From Penicillus capitatus (Eukaryota; Plantae; Chlorophyta), in NCBI GenBank assembly GCA_965649825.1, contig OZ287696.1, positions 62,001 to 126,000 on the forward strand: DNA of 64,000 nucleotides. The letters are read 5' to 3'. Shown in pieces: positions 47,078 through 57,800 of the stretch; the first letter of the stretch is position 1; the number at the start of each line of letters is the position of its first letter. Position numbers and translations under genes: made by a program. The notes below the pieces were generated by a model. The model did no database searches and was not told where the DNA came from. It was given only the letters and a program-made list of their open reading frames with translations.

Positions 47078-49170
47078 ATGTCTCTTTCTAAACTTTTAGT
47101 CTGTCTGCTGGCGACGTTCGCCCTTGGGGTCAGCGCATATGGTGAGATCTAAAACATGCTTTCGTTTAAAAAGCGTTCGCGTGTTTAGTTGAGCACGAAA
47201 GTCACGGTGGAGCGACATGGGGACCAGGGAATGTCCTCGCAAATGGTGAATGTGGCAGCATTGGCAAACCAGTCTGCGGCGTAGATGGAAAAACGTATGA
47301 CAGTCTTTGCGCGCTGAAGAAGAAGGGAGTCAAAAAGGCGTGCGAGGGAGAGTGTCCGTGCAAAGCGTGCGCTTGCCCTTTGAATTATGATCCAGTCTGC
47401 GGTGCCGACGGGAAGACATACGACAATGCATGCGGAGCCGATTGCGCAGGAGTCGAGGTTAAGTGCAAGGGAGAGTGCCCTTGTGAGCCTGAGAAGCCCG
47501 AACCAACTGTCGAGCCGCCGCCATCAGTAGAGGTGCCTGAGCCTGAAGTCTGTCCCTGCCCCAAGATCTTGGCTCCAGTCTGTGGCGCCGATGGAACCAC
47601 TTACGACAACGAGTGTCTGGCCGATTGCGCAGGAGTCGAGGTCAAGTGCGAGGGAGTGTGCCCTTGTAAGCCTGAGAAGCCCGAGCCGGAATGCGTCTGC
47701 TCCTTGGACTATAGACCTGTCTGCGGTGCCGATGGAAAGACATACGGCAATGAATGCGAAGCAAAGTGTGACAAAGTCAAAGTCGCATGCGCGGGCGAGT
47801 GTCCATGTCTGGAAGACTGCATTTGCCCTTTCAATTATGATCCCGTCTGCGGTGTCGATGGCAAGACGTATCCCAACGAATGTGTAGCGGAATGTGCCAA
47901 AGTCAAAGTCGCATGCGCGGGCGAGTGTCCATGTCCACCACCCATCTGTCCTGCCATCCTTGCCCCAGTCTGCGCATCCGACGGAAAGACCTATGACAAC
48001 GAGTGTCTGGCCGAGGCCGCCGGTGTCAAAGTCGCCTGCAAAGGAGAGTGCCCTTGTCGCACAGGCCACTGTGCGGAGATTTATAAACCGGTCTGTGGCG
48101 TCGATGGAAAGACGTATGGCAGTCTGTGCAAGCTTCGTCATGCAGGGACCGATCTCGCATGCGAGGGAGAGTGCCCTTGTGAGCCTGTCAAACCCGAACC
48201 AACTGTCGAGCCGTCTCCATTAACAGAGGAGCCCGAGCCCGAAGCCTGTCCCTGCTCCAAGATCTTGGCTCCAGTCTGCGGCGTCGATGGAACCACTTAC
48301 GACAACGAGTGTCTGGCCGATTGCGCAGGAGTCGAGGTCAAGTGCAAGGGAGTGTGCCCTTGTGAGCCTGTCAAACCCGAACCAACTGTCGAGCCGTCTC
48401 CATTAACAGAGGAGCCCGAGCCCGAAGCCTGTCCCTGCTCCAAGATCTTGGCTCCAGTCTGCGGCGTCGATGGAACCACTTACGACAACGAGTGTCTGGC
48501 CGATTGCGCAGGAGTCGAGGTCAAGTGCAAGGGAGAGTGCCCTTGTAAGCCTGAGAAGCCCGAACCAACTGTCGAGCCGTCTCCATTAACAGAGGAGCCC
48601 GAGCCCGAGCCGGAATGCGTCTGCTCCTTGGACTATAGACCTGTCTGCGGTGCCGATGGAAAGACCTATGGTAACGCCTGCGAGGCAAAGTGTGCTGGCG
48701 TCAAAGGGGCCTGCAAAGGCGAATGTCCATGCCGAAAAGAGATCTGCACTCTTGAATACTATCCAGTCTGTGGTGTTGATGACGTTACATATGGTAACAA
48801 GTGCCTGGCCGCAGCTGCCCATGTCAAAGTCGCATGCAAAGGCGAATGTCCTTGCAAGACGAAATCTTGCTTGTGCACCAAAGAATACAGTCCGGTCTGC
48901 GGAAAGGATGGCAAGACCTATGACAATGCCTGTGTGGCAGAATGCAATGGCGCCGAGATCAAATGCGATGGCCAATGTCCATGCAGAAAAGGAAAATGCG
49001 CAGACTTTGTGAAAGAAATCTGCGGAAAGGATGGAGTGACCTACAAAAACCTCTGCACGCTCAGACATGCTCATGTCGAAGTGGCATGTGAAGGACCATG
49101 TCCCTGTCCCAAACATTCAGAATTTTTCTTTGGTTATTCTGGATATCTGAATAAACGCATCGTTGTTTGA
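47078..49170 (+). CDS. Secreted multi-domain Kazal-type inhibitor 2 (13 Kazal domains)
   Basis: Signal exon [21 protein letters not shown], phase-1 intron gtgag...tttag, Kazal repeats including a 186 bp internal duplication; C-terminus shared with inhibitor 1. Confidence 0.92.
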
Positions 49171-50430
49171 TTCCTATCCTTTCCATTTGCCATTTCCGTT
49201 CCCTGAGATTTGATTCGCTTATCCATCTGAGTTTTTTTGTTTATCAACTTGCAAACGTGTCAATTGGTTGATGAGTAATTGTCGTACCACTCGCGCGATG
49301 ACGACAAAGACCTTCAGTCGTGTCAAACTCTCACCGATCGTCTCCTCTTTCTGTCACAGAGGACTGGATGCGTTTCTGTACGGACGACGCCTATCTCGTC
49401 GATCATCGGATCTTTCATGGGCCATCGCTGCGAAAGCGAGGCGATCGATCGTCATCGTCATTTTTCGAATCCATCAAAGGTGGCTTCGTTGGATCCTTTT
49501 TCACAAGCTTGATAGCCCTCCATGAGCTTGATTGCCGTCTGAGTTGTTTCGACAGCATTTCAGATTCGCACACCACTCACGCACGCACTGTAGATGTCAC
49601 GCACCGAGGCAATGATCGCAGCATGCAAACGAACGGCAGTGCAGAAATGCACCGCATGCATTTTTCGTCCAAGCGAACAATGAAATCGTCGACGTGGTGT
49701 CTGCCCATCTGATCACGGCGAAACGCATCCGGAAATGCACATCGATCACAGGATGCCCCAAGTTATGTGGGCACCCTCTCTGCGTTGCCTGAGCACGTGT
49801 CCAGAAGATAGCGACCGCGTAGATGTGTGAGAAATGAGTGATGCTGTTAATGCCTGAACAAGGGAGTCAATATACAGAACAGACTTCTTGTTCTTCTCAA
49901 ATAATACCCTACTTCCCTCAGACTCTCAAACAGTGCAACATACAGAACGCGTATCAATGATGGCCGTCCACACCACACGCGTTAAAAAGGCTTCTTCTGT
50001 TCATCAAAAAATCAAAGTACAGGATGACATGAAGTTGTTCAGTCGACCACATTTGTTTAGAAATACACAGAAAGGAAGGACATCAGCTGCACACATGCAC
50101 AAACAAACAAGGAACACCCGAATCCCTTCCCCTAATAGTATACAACTGATGTCACAAGCGTCCGTCAACTGAACACAGAGGAACATGAATGCATGTATTC
50201 TATTCTCTTCTCGGAGACCTGCTCCACAAAAAGAAGAATACATCATCGCGTTCTTCACACATACGAATCGACAAACAATAACAGTGAGGCATAATTGAGC
50301 AGAGAGAACACGTACACAGAAACAGCTTTCAGAATCGGCGAAACAATTGAAGCCTTACAGACTGAACCGTATGCGGAAAAGCCATTCGGCACTGTCATCG
50401 AGAGTCTGATACATACACCCACAGGTGGAA

Positions 50431-51596
50431 TCACCAAATCGGGGGTAGGACCTCAGAATCCGGCTCCTCAGAATTCTGTTCTTGTGCACTGCCGAATGTT
50501 TCCTGTCTAAAAAGCTGTTTGAGATTAATGAAGGACAATTCGTCCAGTTGCTTGATCACTAGATCTGCTGCATTGAGTTCGTACAGTGGTTGCGTGTTGG
50601 CCGCTGCCACACATTTCATGCCACAGTCGTGGGCCGCTTCACAAGAATGGTTGGAAGCGCCGATCACGACGCAGCGGAACGGCGGGCGATTCAATTTCTG
50701 AGCAGCATAGGCATAGGCTTCTGGATCCGGTGCACAACGCGAGACATCATCTGCTGACACGACAGCATCGACGTAGGGATAGAGTCCCAGCGATTGAACA
50801 CAGTCGTAGATCAGATGACGCTCCGTGGAGCACAGCGCGATCGGAATGCTGTGCTGCTTGAGCGTTTCTAAGAAACGATAGAGTCCATCGCGTGCCGTAC
50901 GTGCAATGTCCTGCGTCATCTCGGCAAACAACTCCTCTTTGCGCAGCGCCAGGCGACGGACATGAGTCGGTTCGCGACCCCAGCATAAGACCTCAGAAAT
51001 GGCCTATAGAACACGGGCAGCGGTGACGGTTGGTGGGGGTGATGGGTAAGGAATGAATGGACTTGTTCGGCCTTCATGGGTGCGGCTCTTTTAAGAGCAC
51101 TCTGCAAAGGACGCGGTCGATTCTCTTCTTCGGCGAGACGTATCCATGCTGCCATGTGTGCATCGAGAGCGCTCTGGACCACGACGCCTTCGAGGTCCAG
51201 AATCACACCAAACCATCCAGTGCCCATGCGTTCCATTCTTTCCAAGGGATTCTCCAGAGAAGGGTCGTCAGCGATGTTCTCGATATTTGTGGGCAACGGT
51301 TTCAGTGCTTCCTGCTCTGCGAGGTTCATGTCTGGGAAAGCGCTGACGAGGGCATAGGAGAGGGATTCTGTGTAGGCGGGGGAGAATTCTGTTTCTTCAA
51401 TCGGGTTGAATTCGACGTCCGGACTGTAACCGAGCGCCAAGACCTGTTTTCGGCGTGGAAGGGAGAATGCTCGTAGCGGAGAGTGGATGGAGAAGAGGCG
51501 CGAGGGGCGACATGGGCGAGAGCAGTGCAGTCGTCTTCTCTCTGGCTGTGGTCTGGAGGAAAGGAAACGCAGCGACACTGGACGAACGTGTCTCAT
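50431..51596 (-). CDS. PYRP2: Plastid HAD-superfamily phosphatase, ARPP phosphatase PyrP2 (At4g11570)-like, one intron
   Basis: NPLERMERMGTGWFGVILDLEGVVV, MKAEQ|AISEVLCW, SADDVSRCAPDPEAYAYAAQKL, EAAHDCGMKCVAAA, YELNAADLVIKQLDELS. Confidence 0.85.
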
Positions 51597-52471
51597 CGAC
51601 GCTGACGACAACAGGTATAGTCGGCGAAACGAAAAGTCAGTGAAGCGATTGCTAAGTGAGCGATTGCGTTTGCGAATGGTTACGTCAGTCGGCGTCGTTC
51701 ATTTCGAGCCGAAGAGTCGAACCACTTGGCGGATGCGATGACGGCGGGGCGACGCGAGTGGCAGAGAGCAACCCGTCGGCCAACTCTGCGACGGAGAAGC
51801 GAATGGTGCCTCTCCATGACAGCAGGGGACGATGCATGGTCCGTCGCATCTCCGACGACGCCTCAGAGGAGTGCCTCGTTCTGCCTTGTGCTTTGACTGG
51901 CGAGCGTTGTCGAATGCTCAGCGACCCAGACGAGATGCGTCGTCTGAATTCCCTTGATGCCAGCCGCTTCGTGACGAATTCTGCCGAATCCTGCGGGCAC
52001 GCGAACAGGAAGGTGCTTTCACCGAGGCAGGTTCACCAAGAAGAAATCACATCAGAGAGTGGACGGACCTATGCAGACGAGCGAGGCATTCGAGGCAGAC
52101 CTCTTAGGCAAACAAGGCACAAACGCGGAGCGGATGGAGTTTCTCTCGGTCGCGACCGACCTTCGTTCGCAAGTCGCTCTGTCGCGCGACGACTGCCGTT
52201 GGTGTCACGAATAACTTTGTCACGTTACACGAGTATCTTTTCACAGTCTCAGCTAACGCCTTAAGAAGCGCGTTTCTCTGCCTCGGAGACAGAGTAAGTG
52301 AAGTCAAGGCAGTCCCCCAAACCAATCAATCAAAATCCAGACGTGGGACGAGAAACGAAAAAAGCAGTAACTGAAGAACGTTAGAATTCTTAGTAATCAC
52401 TGATAGAAAGGAATCGAGCACTGAGTATCCTCAGTCTGGAAGTGTAGCTCCTCAAGAAGTAGCAGGAGGAG

Positions 52472-52979
52472 TTATGCGCCTATACAACAGCTCTCGTCAA
52501 CAGAGTTCAGTCAGAAGTGTTGGATGGCTTACAGCATTTCACTGTTTCGTCCAAGCCTGTCGCTGTGTTTGTCTTGGAGCACTGGGGCAAGATTCCGATC
52601 TCACACTCTCCAAGAATATTTTCAGCTTGTTCTCCGGTAAGCAGTTTGCAACTCATGCCCGTGAGATTGCAGGTTACATTCGTGAATTGGAAATAGCTTT
52701 CACAGGCAGTTGCTGCAGGGAAACACGCTACAGAACATCCACACTCGTCTCATGATACAAAAGAGTCTGGAACCTACTTCCTTCTTCTTCCACCTCCGGT
52801 TCTTCCGCTTCCTCGACCTCTGACTGCTCTACGGCTTGCAGGACATTACGAGCCGCTGTCCACAGTCAAACGTTTAGACAGGTTTGCGATAACTGAGGAC
52901 TTGTACATGTCATCGCCACGAAGAGAAGCAGAGCCAATCCAAGGGACAGGATGGCGTCGAAGGAGGTTCCGCGGGCCAT
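52472..52979 (-). CDS. Small secreted protein: signal peptide, Glu-rich spacer, Cys-rich module; 2-3 introns inferred (not in the ORF track)
   Basis: MARGTSFDAILSLGLALLLFVAMT|AARNVLQAVEQSEVEEAEEPEVEEEG|CFPAATACESYFQFTNVTCNLTGMSCKLL...GECEIGILPQCSK...VKCC. Confidence 0.65.
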
Positions 52980-54828
52980 GTTGATAATGTTCTTGTTGGA
53001 AGAGAAGGTCGCTGAAAGAAGTAAGAGGCAGAATGGGTGCCGAGGAACAGAATGGCTTCGTTTACATAGTGCCTTTGCCGCCAGAATAGCACGCGAAGGT
53101 TATACCAGAATCCAAATCGGTACACCAACAGCGGCTCTCAGGTGCAGGCGTCTCTTACGCGAAGCGCCACGCATGGAACTTCAGAGCTGAACTCGCAACC
53201 GCCTGGCCCTGTCTAGGCAAGCGATCAGCAAGCGCCGTCGGTCGGCTGCATGAAGCTCACCCGTCGCCTAAAATGCTGCACAGACTTGAGCCAAAGCCAT
53301 GTGATGAGCGTCAGGCATCGCACGTCTCCTTCTAACCTCCACCTCTCTGAGCGTCTCTGGTCGCCGGGGACGACGCCGAAAACCAGACGAGGCGGTCGCA
53401 GCGGGAACTGCCTGACGTGTTTTGACGCTTAGTGCTGTCTCGCTCGGAGAACAATTGACCGACCAGACACTCCAACGCCACAGTCTCCGCACGCGGTTTC
53501 TCCAAGGCGATGGTTTCTGACGGTTCGGTTGAACGGTTGTCGGAAGGGGGCGGTGCGCCGTTCGCGCCTAGGCGATCCGCATTTGCCTCGCCAACCCGAT
53601 GCCTTCGAGTTTTTCTGTGTCCTCGCGACGAGGCGCCCCTCTCGAAGACCGCATTCGAAAAAGTTATCCAGGGACAGAGGGTCGGGTCGGTGATTGGCTA
53701 TTGGGATAACGGTTAAGGGGCTTCGCTGGAAGGTCACTGATACGTCGAGGACTGGACAGAACAGCACCTGTGCAGCAGACGCGTGCCGTCTTCGGCTTCC
53801 TCCCAGAAGCCACGAAACACGCGTCCTTCCGCATCGTTGAACTCCGAATCAGCGACGCAAGACACTCGCGCTTCCAAGTCATGTTCGCCTCGATCCGCGT
53901 GCCGCCGAGAATGCCTCTCGTGTCTGGCACTTGGGCTCGGATGATGGCGAAGTTTGGTGGACAGAAAAACTGGAACCGATGTAGACAACGGCACGCGGAT
54001 GGCGCTCGCACGAAAAATGGGAAGTGGTTCTCCACTTCTGCCTGCCTTCGAAAGGGCCCGGAGCACTCACTCCCTTCTCATCTGCTTGGATACTGCACAG
54101 CTGCACTGTCAGATTCGCCTCGAAGTTACCTTGGCAGCGGCGAACAGAGTGACTGCGATGCTGACTAGCCGGAATCCACGCAGCTATCCAATGTGTGACC
54201 CTGTCTCTCGAGCAGGCACGGAAACGAGGAAGAGCAGTCACAGCGTCGATCGACGATGCACTTGACTTCCAGGAAGATTGCGGGAGCAGCAAAAGCTGTG
54301 AGGCCTTTATTCAGCAACTCGCCATTACCTCGTATGCGTGCGTCAGCCATTGGTTCTTCTGATTGTCAGAGTGATATAGAACGACAGGGTTTTAACAAAC
54401 GAGGCTGATCAAGTCTTAAGCGTTCATGGGTCGCTGTGCCCAAATTTCGAGAAGCAGATGGTTGATGCGACATTTTGTCTAGCGAAGCTGCATCTGTTCT
54501 CTTCGCATTGTTATATTCTTGGACAACATACCACATGCCTTCGACTCTTCCTGCATACTGTGGATGCATCCACATTGACATTATCGTCCAGCAATGCAGG
54601 GACGCGGAAATCGTCCATCATTAGAGAACCGTGCAGACTACGATGTGATTTGAACAAATCGCCGACTATGTGTAGCGCATGGGTTTGACGGTGCCACCTC
54701 ACAGTCACTTACTATTAGTGAGGGCAGTTCCATAGGAAAGCCTGGATCGATTCGACCTGTATGATACCCGTCAACCTTGACGCATTCGATGCGACGTCTA
54801 TCACATCCATCGTCCACAACGATCTGCG

Positions 54829-57800
54829 ATGGCAACATACTCGTTTCCTTCGACAGGACGCAGACGCGATTCTGATTTTTCCTCATGTGGCAAACGACGG
54901 ATCTGCAGCAGTTATCCATCGATGGCCAACTGGCCACCCTAGTCGCCGCCATCGCTGTCGCAATCTTGGCACTGCTCTGGTGTCTTCGACGAGTGTGTCG
55001 TGGAGCTGCACGAATATGCACACCTCGATTTTCCGTCGCGGGACATTCGATGGAAGTCAAAGGTGGACAACCGTTCGGCGAACTTGCTACAGTATCTGTG
55101 GAGGACAGAGGGCACTGGGTCGGTCAAGGGTGTAAAGTACGAGTACACGCTCAGCAAGCATTCGTGGTACGCGACCTACGAAGTGCGCGCCGCAACATGT
55201 GTCGACCGAATGTTGACACCTTTTCTGCGACAGTGGCGCATTCATCGCCGCCTGCTCGAGAAAAAATGCAAGATTCGTACGGGCACCTTTATCGTCGACG
55301 GCAAGAAATGGTCGAGCGAAGTCAAAACGCGTTTACCGCTCTCCGGGACGCGTTGTTGTTTCAGGCGAATCTTTGTAACGCATTTGGGCGACGAGCGTGT
55401 GGTCGTCCAGCTGAAGTCAGTAAACTGGATAAGCCTGCAAGCTCATTTCAGTTTCACTCTCGTGAACCTCGACAACGAAAGAAAGAATCTGCGTCGCGGT
55501 ATCATGGCGGCGCGTGACGGTCGATGTTACGAAAAGTGAGTGACGTGTGGATTCGCAGGAAGGCGCGCCGATTTTCGATGGTTTGCCAGCAGCAAGGCAG
55601 TCGATCCTATCAATATGGCATCGCTTAATGGCGAGGCATCGCCGGGATATGTGAAGGACGACCTGTTTATGTTGCGACTGGACCTGCGGGTCAGGCGCAA
55701 GAGCAATGAATCTTTCCGTCTTACTGTGAACAGAGAATCGACGTCGTGTCAAGTGACTCTACCTGGCGACAGTGCTGTGAATATAACGTAGAGCTTTTGT
55801 TAGTGGAAACTAAAGTATGCAGGGGACATGAGTCCGTTTGTCGTCTACTCTGACATTTTCAAAGTCCAAGGCAAAAGAATGTAACACTCTGAACTTAATC
55901 GTGCAGTCTGTCATGGGTTAATGTTCGTGGCTGCTCAGGAGATTGGAGATTGTCAGGAGAGGCGGTGACACACATGGACGTGGTCTGAGCGTTGTACTTC
56001 GAAACTTGAGTCACCAGCGTGTCTGGACAAAAGGGGAATTGATCATTATCCATCGCGAGTCCGCCGAACACAACCGACATGCAGGCAGATGCTACTAGTG
56101 TCATCTATTTGATGTTTACTCTCCTTTTATCCAGAGTTTGTAACGAGAATGGATGGCGGCGCTATGAAAGGATGGATCGGAGTTCTGGACGAGAAAGAAG
56201 TGGCAGACGGAGTTTCTCCTTTTTTAAACGATGGCTGGTTAAGCCTTTCCGCAAAGATCACACTGCTCACGAGAGAGAACTTCGAGAACTCCTTGCCGAC
56301 TGTTCCGAAGCAGACATTAAAGAAACAGTTTCCAACGATTGATTCAAACAGCGGAATCCAAACGGAAGGTGTGATCTGTTGACACTGTTGAGTCCGTTCC
56401 TTGGAAACAAACGGATTGCAGAGGGATATGGATGCATCGATGGTTATAAACACGCATATGTGTTCGTCAGAAACAAGTGGTATGCGACCTATGAGGTAAG
56501 ATACTTGATGCCCTTTTGTTCTTGGAATGCTTTTGTGTAGTGCTATGTACATCGATCTCTTCTGGAAACAAAACCTTTGTGCGTATTCACTAATCTGTTT
56601 ACGATCGAAGATTCGTGCTGGTCTGTGGAATCGCATTCTGATTTCTATTCTTGTGGATGTTGTTGCTCTTTAGGTATGTCGATCTCTCACACACCAAAGA
56701 TGGAAATCTTGAAACGTACCTACATTCCAATAGCGAAGATAACATAGGAGTTCATTATGGTTTCACTCTTGTCAACTTCGAAGATGAAAAAAAACTGCGT
56801 CCGCACAGGTGGAGAAGATGGATTTGAGAATCCATTATGAAAGTGTTGTGTTATGTGTCAGGTCGCTATCGCACGTTTTCGTCGATCAATGACAACTGGG
56901 GATGCGACATCCTTCCCTCAGCAGAGATACAAGCGGTTGATGATGGATTCATGCGCGATGATTTTTTTCTTATCCGTCTGGATATGAGACTCAAACAGGA
57001 GGACAGCGAAATCTTTCAGATGACTGTCAACGACAACACTGCTATGTTCCATGTATTCCCTATCTACGTCCAACGCCTTGGTTTGACTGTTTGATATTGG
57101 AGTTTAGTGGGAACTGCGGTTTCTGAAAGAGATGAGTCCTTACAGAATTGGACCGCAAAGAGTCTCGATTGGTGATACTAAGATGTGAGTCGCAACTCAA
57201 GTCCTTGTTGGATCAAGCTACTATTGATCTCTTTCTGCTTAGACAAATCTACCTCAGCCCAAAAGGGGCGACCGGTTCAGGCTCTTTAGAGCCCGTTGTT
57301 GGAAACCTTGGTCAAGGGATGCTCAAAGCAAAAGGTCAAATCAACGTCACCAATCATCTGTGCCCGGAGAACAACAGACTGCAAGGTGAAAGCAATTCTT
57401 GCTTTTGGATTCTGTGACGTGACGTACTGCAGAGTTCCATCGTGTGATCGGCAAAGGCAGTAATTCGATTGTATCGAAGGATTTCCTCAGTTTACATGAA
57501 TCAAATGACGAAGCACTTGGCTTTGTTAAGGACGGCTGGATTGTATTCGACATTAAGATCACTGTATTTGTCGAGGAGCAGAAATTCAATGAGGAGATTG
57601 CTCATGCCCCTAGACCGCCAGATGCAGTGTGTTATCCATGGAGAAATCCCGATCCAAACGAGATGATGGTGGTTGAAGGTCCGTGTGAATTTTCGTTTTC
57701 GTTATGGTTTTTTGAGATTTGAAAGTACAGCGGGAAAGCACTCTTGTGATGGAGTCGACTACAGCTTTATACTAAACAAATACCATTACTATGCGACGTA

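Noticed and set aside
53000-54350. Probable multi-exon minus-strand gene
   Set aside because: Coding-like composition and plausible splice sites, but I could not build a consistent frame or assign a family.
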